NCBI GenBank assembly: GCA_003194435.1 | Contig: PQXC01000011.1 | Location: 9,433 to 73,432 of the forward strand | DNA length: 64,000 nt | Direction of reading: 5' to 3' | Origin: Candidatus Methanophagaceae archaeon | GTDB lineage: Archaea > Halobacteriota > Syntropharchaeia > Alkanophagales > Methanospirareceae | Shown: in pieces, positions 49,747 to 58,219 of the stretch | Position numbering within the stretch: the first letter of the stretch is position 1 | Layout: each line of letters begins with the position of its first letter | The notes under the pieces: model-generated | What the model saw: only the letters and a program-made list of their open reading frames with translations | What the model was told of the DNA's origin: nothing | Database searches by the model: none | Position numbers and translations under genes: made by a program

Positions 49747-50529
49747 ATGCAGAATGACGACCTGAATGTAAATATTCTAAAGCTGATAAAACTACCTGAC
49801 TTAATATCCATCTGTAATGCGTTATTAGGCTTCTTAGCCATCCTGCTTGTACTCTCTGGTGGTAGTGAGGCATTAAAGGATGCACTTGTGGTAATTCTAT
49901 CAGCAGCGGTTATTGATGGTCTGGATGGACTGGTAGCGAGGGGGATAGAAAGCTCGCACATGGGCAGATACCTCGATTCGCTCGCTGATATAGTCTCCTT
50001 TGGCACTGCACCCGCCATCCTCGCCTTTATGTTCCTGAACGACCACCTCATGACTGCGGTATGCAGTGCGTATCTGATATGCGGAGGGTTAAGACTCGCG
50101 CGATTCGATGCAATGGCGGGAGCAGGAGCAAGAGCAGCAGGAGCGACCACAGGAGATATGGATGTGGACTTTGAAGGTTTACCAATCACGGGCAGTGCGG
50201 TATTTCTGGCTTCCTTTATGCTGCTTGCGCTCGAACTGCACCTGCACCTTGTAAGCTCATTATTCCTGAGCTTTTTAATGGCTGCTCTATGCATCCTTAT
50301 GACGAGCAGGATAAGATATAGAAACCTTAGAGATATGAGAATAGTGATTCCACTGGGCTGCATCTTCTTCGCTCTGATACTATTCTACGCGTTACATTCC
50401 CCGCTGTTCATTTATCCCACAGCTATCATTACCGCTTTAGCCGCTTTATATATCTGCAGTCCAGCAGCTACCTACCTTAAGGAGATGAGAGGCTCACTCA
50501 CCGAAATATCTTCGGAGCATGAGAAATAG
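49747..50529 (+). CDS. pssA: archaetidylserine synthase (CDP-alcohol phosphatidyltransferase)
   Basis: DGLDGLVAR...G..LDSLADIVSFG.AP, RLARF, FEGLP. Confidence 0.9.
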   Translation: MQNDDLNVNILKLIKLPDLISICNALLGFLAILLVLSGGSEALKDALVVILSAAVIDGLDGLVARGIESSHMGRYLDSLADIVSFGTAPAILAFMFLNDHLMTAVCSAYLICGGLRLARFDAMAGAGARAAGATTGDMDVDFEGLPITGSAVFLASFMLLALELHLHLVSSLFLSFLMAALCILMTSRIRYRNLRDMRIVIPLGCIFFALILFYALHSPLFIYPTAIITALAALYICSPAATYLKEMRGSLTEISSEHEK

Positions 50530-51711
50530 AATAGAGGCGATGAGACTGACGGAACTGCCAAATAGGAATGTCAAGCTGTGCGTGGGCGTTAAAGCCCATA
50601 GAAATCCCGCTATTAAACTTGCCGGTAGAGCAATTATACCTATCAGGGTATGAAAAGTGCCCAGAGCAGTTGCCCTTAAGTCTTCTGTGCAGAGGTCGGA
50701 GACAAAAGCCCGCTGATTACCATCTACTATTGCATACATCACGCCATAAAGCGGAAATAAGACCAAAAATGCGGCGAGTGAATCGGAGAAAGCGAATCCG
50801 AGACATGTTACAGAGAACAGTAGGTAGCCAGAAATAAGCACTTTCCGTTTCCCTATTCGGTCTGACAGCATGCCAAAAGGGATGGCAAGCACGGCATAGA
50901 AGATATTAAAAAAGACATATAAGAGTATAGCAAGAGCTCTTGCTTCCTTCACTGGCATTACGGACGAAAACGCTGTTTCCGCCTTCAATATGAAGAACAT
51001 ATAGGTGAAATTGGCTAATGCGAAGACGGTAGCCACCATAATGAACAACTTAAGCGGTTTGGGCAGTTTTCTCAGGCTTATCTGTAATCTTATATCCTGC
51101 GGTTCTCTTTTCCCTTCTTTTACAAAATAGAGTGGCATTAAGGAAAGAAAAGCGACTATTGCGGCTATAAATATGATATGATTGAAACTGAACGCTAAAA
51201 ACCAATATAATATAAGCGCAGCTATGCCGCCAGAGATTGCACCAGAAGTATCAAGTGCGCGGTGGATACCAAATCCCTTACCTCTCGCTTCGGGCATAGA
51301 ATCCGCGATGATTGCATCTCTTGGCGCTGTTCTCAAGCCTTTACCCACGCGTTCAAAACTGGCGAAGACCAATATGTGCTGCCAGATTGTGGAGAATGCC
51401 AGAAGCAATTTAAAGCATGCGGACGTGAAATAGCCAGAGGATACAAATATTTTACGCCTTCCTATTCTATCAGACCAGTAGCCAGAAAGAACCTTTAATA
51501 TACTCGAGATGCTTTCCTGTAATCCTCCTATTAACCCTACAATACTAATAACCCCTAAAATCAAGCCAGTACCGCCTAAAGCTTTAATGAACAGGGGTAG
51601 AATCGGGATAATCATTTCGCTACTCAAGTCGTTCAGGAAACTGACAACACCCAGTAGAAGTACGTTTGTGCTTACTCCTGCTCCTTTCAGATAGTGGCTA
51701 TGGCTACGCAT
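50494..51711 (-). CDS. MFS transporter
   Basis: SFLND.SSEMI, G.WSDR.GRRK, ER.GKGLR.APRDA, G.LSDR.GKR. Confidence 0.92.
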   Translation of the reverse strand: MRSHSHYLKGAGVSTNVLLLGVVSFLNDLSSEMIIPILPLFIKALGGTGLILGVISIVGLIGGLQESISSILKVLSGYWSDRIGRRKIFVSSGYFTSACFKLLLAFSTIWQHILVFASFERVGKGLRTAPRDAIIADSMPEARGKGFGIHRALDTSGAISGGIAALILYWFLAFSFNHIIFIAAIVAFLSLMPLYFVKEGKREPQDIRLQISLRKLPKPLKLFIMVATVFALANFTYMFFILKAETAFSSVMPVKEARALAILLYVFFNIFYAVLAIPFGMLSDRIGKRKVLISGYLLFSVTCLGFAFSDSLAAFLVLFPLYGVMYAIVDGNQRAFVSDLCTEDLRATALGTFHTLIGIIALPASLIAGFLWALTPTHSLTFLFGSSVSLIASILFLMLRRYFGE

Positions 51712-51786
51712 GTTGTTTCATTAACATAACACATCCAAAGGTTTATATATAGATAAATAGTGTATATTTAATCGGTGATAGAGTAG

Positions 51787-52041
51787 ATGAAGGAGCTTAT
51801 ATCTGCGGTCGTGGTGGTCTCAATATTATTGTTCTCGGTCTCCACAGTCTTTACAGCGGGTGGGAGTGAGATAGAAGAGCTTCAGCGATGGATTCATGAG
51901 CATGGTTTTAAGTATAACGTTGCTGAGAACTGGATTATGAAGTTGCCACCTGTGAATAGGGCAGTTATATGCGGCTACAAACCTTCTCTGCCGCCTGTTA
52001 CGCCTCTTCCGGCAGGTGTTGACTTTCACATCATAGAGTAG
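51787..52041 (+). pseudogene. N-terminal fragment of a secreted protein (C1A protease pro-region-like)
   Basis: Signal peptide plus EIEELQRWI..HG.KY.VAEN; ends in TAG TAG TAA after 84 aa. Confidence 0.4.
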
Positions 52042-52051
52042 TAGTAAATGA

Positions 52052-52516
52052 ATGGAGATTGTAGTACTGAGGTTAGGGCACCGTCCTCAGCGAGATAAGC
52101 GAGTTACTACACATATCGGGCTGGTTGCACGTGCATTGGGAGCGAGTGGTATGCTTCTCACAACGGAGGATAAAACGGTGGAGAGGAGCATAAACGATGT
52201 TACGAAGCGCTGGGGTGGTGATTTCTTTGTGCAGACTGGTGTGAAATGGCGCGAAGCGGTGGCGAGGTGGAAGCGAGAAGGCGGGAAGGTATGTCATCTC
52301 ACGATGTACGGTGAGAACATCCTCGATGTGATTGACGAGATAAGGGGGTGTGCAACAAACAATCGCATATTGGTCATTGTGGGCGCGGAGAAGGTGCCAC
52401 CTGAGGTCTATGAAGTTGCAGACTGGAATATTGCAGTGGATCAAAAGTATCAAAGCGATGGGAGCAGATTATATTTATTTGACGGATATCAACAACTCTC
52501 CTTGTGTTACCGCTAA
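52052..52516 (+). pseudogene. trm56: tRNA (cytidine56-2'-O)-methyltransferase, C-terminally truncated/chimeric
   Basis: LRLGHRP.RDKRVTTH..L.ARA.GA, HLTMYG, VGAEKVP, ADWNIAV; the expected NQPHSEV motif is absent and similarity stops at about 52438. Confidence 0.85.
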
Positions 52517-52814
52517 AAAAGAAGAAACTCATAGTAAATATAAAAACATTGATAATGACAAAATGATCGTTGTAATCAAGGAGATAGAAAGTTGGTATTT
52601 GGCAGGATTAGATAATAAGGTATGTAGACAACTCAAAATAAATAATTTTGCCGATACTGACAATGTTACTAAGGAAAAATTTAATGCCTTGATTCCTAAA
52701 AAGTTTACTTCCAGAATAGATTTTATGTCAGAAATCCTGAAAAAATTCTCTATTGAAATAGCAAAGCAGAAAAATAACTCCTTTCAATACTTTGTAGAGA
52801 AATACGATTGCTAA
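52439..52814 (+). pseudogene. C-terminal fragment of a DUF4276/Toprim-like protein
   Basis: AT-rich; IKSIKAMGADYIYLTD...PC...VV.KEIESWYLAG...NNSFQYF; no N-terminus of its own. Confidence 0.6.
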
Positions 52815-52944
52815 ACTTATGGAGACTTATGGAGATATTGGCAACGTTGCCTAACAGGCAGTCTCCCTATGAAGTGTTGCTAATCTTTGGGAGTGGTAAA
52901 GTTGTCAGTAATTCTTTAACGGTCCAGATATGTCAGTCCAGCAG

Positions 52945-53232
52945 CTATTGCTGGCGTTCCGACTGCCAGTCTGCACGCAGGCTTCTTAAAGGTGGGTGGT
53001 CTATCTCGTTCAGTTCACGCAGCCACCTCAAAATTGTATCCTCTGCTCTGGTGTGCGTTTGCGATAGAAGACCGTCCCAAAGGTCTATGTTGAATGTCCG
53101 CCCGCAGGTCTTGCACTGGTAACACTGGACACCTTTACGAGTCTTACCGCTCTTTTTTATGTTCCGTTGGTGCTCACTCTGGATCTTCCCGAAATCAAGG
53201 TAATTCGGGTTGGGACAAAATTCGCCTGCCAT
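52945..53232 (-). mobile_element. degraded IS1-family transposase (InsA-like Zn ribbon/HTH)
   Basis: FCPNP..G....NI.K.G.T..G.Q.Y.CKTCGRTF; a shifted frame gives TFGTVFYRKRTPEQ; EDTILRWLRE follows an apparent deletion. Confidence 0.7.
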
Positions 53233-53253
53233 CCTACCTTAGTCCGGGTTTAA
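53231..53253 (-). CRISPR. orphan partial CRISPR repeat
   Basis: ATCCTACCTTAGTCCGGGTTTAA = 23 consecutive nt identical to the array repeat, 175 bp from the array. Confidence 0.9.
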
Positions 53254-53428
53254 AAACCTTTTCTTTGAAAGAAAAGCTTTACCATCAAACTTTCTTAAAA
53301 AGAAAGTTTAATCAAAGAACCAGAGCTGTTTTTACTTCGGAAAAAAAGAGAGGCGAGCTTTGTTTTTTTATTCCCTGTCTTGCTATAGGCGGGGAAGGTA
53401 TCGGAAACCCCGAAGGGGGTTTCTGATT
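53254..53428. repeat. 175-bp hairpin-rich insert (REP/MITE-like)
   Basis: Palindromes at 53254-53280, 53287-53309 (AAACTTTCTT-AAA-AAGAAAGTTT) and 53400-53427 (ATCGGAAACCCC-GAAG-GGGGTTTCTGAT). Confidence 0.65.
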
Positions 53429-53889
53429 GTTTCAATCCTACCTTAGTCCGGGTTTAACCATGTTTTTAGTGAAACTTTATATCGAACTAAAAACTTTCAA
53501 TCCTACCTTAGTCCGGGTTTAACACAGTTAGCATGAAATCCGGGTTTAACTATGTACCAGAGCTAAATATCCAGCTACTTGCTACAATCTTTCAATCCTA
53601 CCTTAGTCCGGGTTTAACGGAAAAGAGTTTATATTGATGTGGTCTATTACTATCTTTCAATCCTACCTTAGTCCGGGTTTAACGGAAATACTATGCTGAT
53701 AATAATGTTCCCATTTACTCTACATTCTTTCAATCCTACCTTAGTCCGGGTTTAACATAAACATGTTGGTCATTAAAGAAAACCAGTTCCATCCTTTCAA
53801 TCCTACCTTAGTCCGGGTTTAACTTTTATAGCAGAAGAGGAAAAGCACCTTCCCGCAATCTTTCAATCCTACCTTAGTCCGGGTTTAAC
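53429..53889 (-). CRISPR. CRISPR array, 30-bp repeat GTTAAACCCGGACTAAGGTAGGATTGAAAG (crRNA sense)
   Basis: Full repeats start at 53429 (1 mismatch, trailer), 53494, 53589, 53654, 53727, 53794, 53860; partial repeat at 53539-53550; spacers 35, 15 (truncated), 38, 35, 43, 37, 36 bp; ATTGAAAG 3' handle indicates minus orientation. Confidence 0.97.
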
Positions 53890-54084
53890 AGCCCCCGAAA
53901 TCGCCCCTTTTATGCCTTCGCTACACTCTCCCCGCCGCACTTCACTACCTCCATCTGGGATATACAATAACCCTCTTCATATATAAAGATCCACGACTCT
54001 TTTCTATAAAGGTATTGGAAAAGGGCATCCCAAAGGTCAACGTAAACCTCCCCGAAGCGAAGCGGAGAGTTTGGCTCGGCGGCA
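53890..54084 (-). promoter_or_regulatory. CRISPR leader with candidate TATA box
   Basis: Non-coding region next to the invariant end of the array; TTTATATA on the minus strand at 53980-53987; GC hairpin near 54044-54072 after the cas3 stop. Confidence 0.65.
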
Positions 54085-56217
54085 TCATATTATGTTATTC
54101 GCCTCTTTTCTTACACCGTATGTTTCATCATAAAATACATCTACAATAGGGAAACCCTCCTCTACCGGTATTTTAATCATCCAAATAGGAACAGGAACAG
54201 TATATTCTTTTATTTCAGCAAATATTTCTCTTTTTTGTGTGTATGTCTCTTCTTTTCTCATCTTTTCATATAGTTTCTGGACATAATCCCTATAGATACT
54301 TGGTATAACAAGTCTTGTGAATTCTTCTCTGAATTTAAGGAGTCTCTGAGCGAATTCGTCATCTATACGCCAAGAATATAAGAAATTTGTATTTTCATTC
54401 CAGGTTTCTAATAAGTTGTATATCTCTCTCCGTTTTACTCGTGAGAGTTTAGCTACTTTATCATATTCTTCTATCAATTGAAATTCATTCTCCAGATTAG
54501 CTCCTTCTAAATCTTTCAATAATCCCCATGCATTTGTGATATCGTCTTTCTCGTATGGATACCTCTTTTTGTTTTCTATCTCAGATGGAAAAGTAACCCA
54601 AACATTTATCTCTTCTGTTTTATTCTTATACCTGTTCACTCTGCCAAATCTTTGAACAAGGGCTTCTAAAGGTGCACATTCGGTAACCATAAAATCAAAA
54701 GATATGTCAAGAGAAACCTCTACAACTTGTGTAGCAACCAGAATAAAACTTTTCTTCTCTCTTATCCATCGGTTAATTCTGTCTTCCTTTTCACAACGAT
54801 GTTTGTAAATAAAACGCGAATGTAGCAATTCTATATTTAATTTCAAGTTCAACTCTGATAGTAAATTCTGCAGTTTTTCAAACACTTTTTGCGATTTTTC
54901 AACTGTATTGCATACAATAGCCATTCTAAATGGTTTTCTGCTTGCTCTGTAAATTTCAACAATTTCATCAACAACATCAAGAATGTCCTTTTCTTTAAGT
55001 CTAAACATAACTCTACTTCTATTTCTAAATTCCTCATTCAGCCACAATTTCTCAACTTCCTCTAAGAGGGTTTCAAAGTGTTCTTTAAGTAACGAAGGAA
55101 AAGTTGCAGACATTATACATAATCTCAGGCTGTAACTCTTGGAAAATTTTTCAAGGAAATAGGAAAGGATGTATAGCATATTCTGGGAAAAGGTGTGGAC
55201 TTCATCAAGAATAATCACAGAGTTTCTTAGATGTGGGCGTTTTAAAAAGTATTTTCCAACTTGAAGGAAAGTCAATAACAACTGGTCAAGTGTCGTAATA
55301 ATAACAGGTTTAGCGAAATAGGAAGAGAACATTAATTCTTTAAAGTCGCTCTCTTCTCTTTTTATCGCCTCAACGTCGGCATAATAGAAAAATTCTCCAA
55401 CATTTTCCTTCCCGAAGAAAGTGCAAAGGTCATCATAAAAACTCTTTATTGAAGTGATCGTTGGTAGGACATAGATTATTCTTGAACCTTTGCCTGCAGC
55501 ATACGAAAGCGATGCGGCTGTTTTACCCCATCCTGTGGGAGCTCTTATAAGCAAATGTTCTTTTACTTTGCTCAAACCTAACTGCGTTTGAAGGTCCCTA
55601 TTTCTGGTTTCAAGTCCTTTCTTCTGGATTTTTCTTAATATCCATAGTCTTAAATCTCCAACATTTTTGTTCGGATTGCATATCCTGTAATTTGTCAGAT
55701 TATTTGCTGAAAGTATGTCTGCGATTTTAAAAAGTCCATAAGCGTCAGATAAATCCACTTTAAGGGCTGTATCGAGTTTGGATACATATCTAAATAGATT
55801 CCTTCTCCAGCTTCCTAAATCATCATCAATCCGCTCTTTTTCCTTTTCAGGTGCTTCGTTTCTTATCCGTAGCATATCTCCGTCTTCCATTCTCGTTAGA
55901 GTTCCGTGATGCTTTAGTATAAACAATCCTAAAAGAGGATATTTTTCCAATTCTTCTTTATCCTTATTGTATAGTGTAAGAAATGAAAGAGGGGAATGGG
56001 GAGGATTATTCCTGTTCTTTACATTCCATTCGGCTTTAAGTTTTCCTAAGTCATGATAATAGCAAAGAATCTCAGCGAATTCCTTGTATTCCGTTAAATT
56101 ATAAAATTTGAGAAACTCGTGAGTTAATTTCTTACACTCCTCAATGTGGTTGCCTAATTTCTTTCCTTCGTGCGATTCTTTACTCCAGATTTCCTTTTCT
56201 AAATCTTTCAACATCAT
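54085..56217 (-). CDS. cas3: Cas3 HD nuclease-helicase
   Basis: L.NH, YHDLGK, HSPLS, KHHG, ADILSA (HD domain); APTGWGKT, DEVH, MSAT, CNTV, LHSRF, ATQVVEVSLDI, QRFGRVNR. Confidence 0.97.
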   Translation of the reverse strand: MMLKDLEKEIWSKESHEGKKLGNHIEECKKLTHEFLKFYNLTEYKEFAEILCYYHDLGKLKAEWNVKNRNNPPHSPLSFLTLYNKDKEELEKYPLLGLFILKHHGTLTRMEDGDMLRIRNEAPEKEKERIDDDLGSWRRNLFRYVSKLDTALKVDLSDAYGLFKIADILSANNLTNYRICNPNKNVGDLRLWILRKIQKKGLETRNRDLQTQLGLSKVKEHLLIRAPTGWGKTAASLSYAAGKGSRIIYVLPTITSIKSFYDDLCTFFGKENVGEFFYYADVEAIKREESDFKELMFSSYFAKPVIITTLDQLLLTFLQVGKYFLKRPHLRNSVIILDEVHTFSQNMLYILSYFLEKFSKSYSLRLCIMSATFPSLLKEHFETLLEEVEKLWLNEEFRNRSRVMFRLKEKDILDVVDEIVEIYRASRKPFRMAIVCNTVEKSQKVFEKLQNLLSELNLKLNIELLHSRFIYKHRCEKEDRINRWIREKKSFILVATQVVEVSLDISFDFMVTECAPLEALVQRFGRVNRYKNKTEEINVWVTFPSEIENKKRYPYEKDDITNAWGLLKDLEGANLENEFQLIEEYDKVAKLSRVKRREIYNLLETWNENTNFLYSWRIDDEFAQRLLKFREEFTRLVIPSIYRDYVQKLYEKMRKEETYTQKREIFAEIKEYTVPVPIWMIKIPVEEGFPIVDVFYDETYGVRKEANNII

Positions 56218-56854
56218 CAACACTCCACACAGCCGTTCCATTTACTGTTTTTATCGGCTCTTTTATCTTGAATTCCACTTTAAAGCCTTGATAAAAGAAT
56301 GTGTTTAAGTACAGAACTCTTATTATTTTGCTCCCCTCCGCAATCTGAGAAAAACCAGCAATCATATCTGCTGGAATCATGCCTTTTGCTTCTGTTTTTT
56401 CCATAAATTCAGCTTTGTCTTCGTTTTTTATGTCTCTCAAGAAAGAGTCAGAGATCCCTCCGTAAATATCAAATTCAAAGTCCCTCTTTTCGATTCTCTT
56501 TTTTAATTCCTCAATAAAACTTTCTTTTGCATAAACACCAATCCTATAATGCGGCTCTATCAAAAACTCGAAATCTTCAACTGTTCTTGTGAACATTCTA
56601 TTCCCTTTGTCCCAAGGCATTAGTGTTGCTTTTTCAGTAGCAAGCCCTTTAAAATCGCACAGTTCTGCCCCTACAATAAGATCATTTTCTTTTGCAAATT
56701 TTCCTGATTCTTCTCGTTCAACACCAAAAATTGCACCGAGAATGCCCCAGATAACTGTTGGTGGGGGTAGAAAGTAACTCGATCTGAATTTCTTTGTCTC
56801 ATGCCGCTTAAAATGGGCTGTGAAAAAAGAGATTGAAAATGTATGTGCTTGCAT
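56180..56854 (-). CDS. cas5: type I Cas5 (I-A/I-B-like)
   Basis: AHFKRH..R.SY.LPPPT...GILGAIFG, EFLIEP.Y, YGG.S; start moved to ATG 56854, 5 bp after the cmr3 stop. Confidence 0.88.
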   Translation of the reverse strand: MQAHTFSISFFTAHFKRHETKKFRSSYFLPPPTVIWGILGAIFGVEREESGKFAKENDLIVGAELCDFKGLATEKATLMPWDKGNRMFTRTVEDFEFLIEPHYRIGVYAKESFIEELKKRIEKRDFEFDIYGGISDSFLRDIKNEDKAEFMEKTEAKGMIPADMIAGFSQIAEGSKIIRVLYLNTFFYQGFKVEFKIKEPIKTVNGTAVWSVDDVERFRKGNLE

Positions 56855-56859
56855 GGTAT

Positions 56860-57834
56860 TTACTTTTCGCATTCTTGCAGGTTTAATTCTATACAGCCAT
56901 CCCAATTTAATACGCAATCTACCTTCTCTTGTAACACAGTTCCAGGAGAGAAATAATAAATTGGACTTGAGATAACTTCTCCCGGCCTTGTATGGTTTTT
57001 ATCCTTCTCTCCATTTTTCAACTTTAGAGGGTCATAATATCCTCGTCCAGTAAGTAGCTCTACATCACCTTTGAACTTTATCTTTCTACTGTATCTCAAA
57101 TGGGCAAGTAATGGTTTATTCTCCCTACATTTTATCCTAACCTCACCCTCGCAGTACTCATCATGATTGTTGGATTTCCTTATACAATCCAGCGGAAAGT
57201 TTACTCCATCAACCGAATCAAGTAAAACATGCCCAAAACCATACTTAGACTCACCACCCAAAAACAATTCCGAGATTATGTTGAATCCATCAATAAAAAT
57301 CCCATCAGGCCTTTTTTCTAAATTATGTTGTTCTATTTCTGCACCCCTCTTAATCCAGATACATCCGGCAATCATCACTGGCTTTATATCTCCATTCTCA
57401 TCTCTAAACCTGCTGTTTATAAACTCAATCTCATGCAGGCTCTTATCCTTTGCAGTTCTGGTTTTGTCTTCTATACCTGTGGAAACAATGCTTCCTATAA
57501 ATCTATGCTCAAACTCTGCCTTTGTTATATTTCCGTATTTCACTCCTTCGTCTGTATAGCGGGGAAGATAGATTGTTTTCCCATCATAAAGATAGAAATA
57601 TGAAAACCTGAAATTCTCCATAACTTGCTTACCGATTTCCCTGTAATTGTTTGCCGTAGGATTCTCACATAGATGCTCTGTTACCCTCTTTGTTACAGCG
57701 CCCCACAAGTTTCTTCCGGGAACATAATACCGTGTAGGTGAAACTACAGAACCCTTAAAGGGCATATATCCAATGTGAAGTGGGCTTTTTAACTTAAAGA
57801 CCACATTTATTTTTCCCCACTCATCCTCACTCAT
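56860..57834 (-). CDS. cmr3: type III-C RAMP, Cmr3 (Cas5-group) position
   Basis: LKSPLHIG..TRYYVPG.NLWGA.T, ST.I....TA....LHE.EFI, LGGESKYGFG. Confidence 0.75.
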   Translation of the reverse strand: MSEDEWGKINVVFKLKSPLHIGYMPFKGSVVSPTRYYVPGRNLWGAVTKRVTEHLCENPTANNYREIGKQVMENFRFSYFYLYDGKTIYLPRYTDEGVKYGNITKAEFEHRFIGSIVSTGIEDKTRTAKDKSLHEIEFINSRFRDENGDIKPVMIAGCIWIKRGAEIEQHNLEKRPDGIFIDGFNIISELFLGGESKYGFGHVLLDSVDGVNFPLDCIRKSNNHDEYCEGEVRIKCRENKPLLAHLRYSRKIKFKGDVELLTGRGYYDPLKLKNGEKDKNHTRPGEVISSPIYYFSPGTVLQEKVDCVLNWDGCIELNLQECEK

Positions 57835-58219
57835 TTTTATCCCTCTTTGCCCTTGCATGATACAATGCATAGGTCACTGTCCGCTCAAGAAGTTTCTTCA
57901 TAAAGAGGAGTTTATCTATATCTATCGCAACTTCCCGTAGGTCATTACAAAATCCATCAAAATCTTGGCTAAAAGATTTGTTACTTTTCAAGAAATAATT
58001 GCTCAATTTTACATGTGTGGTTTCATCTTCCTTATTGAAAAGTTCAACCAATTCTTTTCTCACATCTCTTGCATTCTTTTCAAGCCAGAGAAACATTGCA
58101 TAAACGCCATCTTCCTGTAAAACTCCAAGTGCCTTTCTCAGATTGCTTTCAAGATTGGAATCGCTGATTTTGCCTATCTTCTGACCGTATTCCATGCATC
58201 TATAATCAAGATTGAGCAT
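57827..58219 (-). CDS. cmr5: type III-C small subunit Cmr5 (Cas11)
   Basis: NLD..C...G..I, ALGVLQEDGVYA.FL.L, L.F.K.LLERT..YALYHA.A. Confidence 0.8.
   Translation of the reverse strand: MLNLDYRCMEYGQKIGKISDSNLESNLRKALGVLQEDGVYAMFLWLEKNARDVRKELVELFNKEDETTHVKLSNYFLKSNKSFSQDFDGFCNDLREVAIDIDKLLFMKKLLERTVTYALYHARAKRDKNE

Noticed and set aside
52039-52050. Pyrrolysine read-through of the TAG ending ORF 51787-52041
   Set aside because: Followed immediately by TAG and TAA in frame.
52808-52900. Possible integron attC site (GCCTAAC at 52850) and ACTTATGGAG direct repeat after the DUF4276-like fragment
   Set aside because: No convincing complementary GTTRRRY with paired L boxes, and no integrase or further cassettes.
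53094-53426. 110-aa ORF spanning the orphan repeat and hairpin insert
   Set aside because: It crosses the antisense IS1 remnant, a CRISPR repeat and palindromes; no protein-like signal.
53459-53859. Self-targeting of CRISPR spacers within the window
   Set aside because: No match noticed by eye; an alignment search is needed to exclude it properly.
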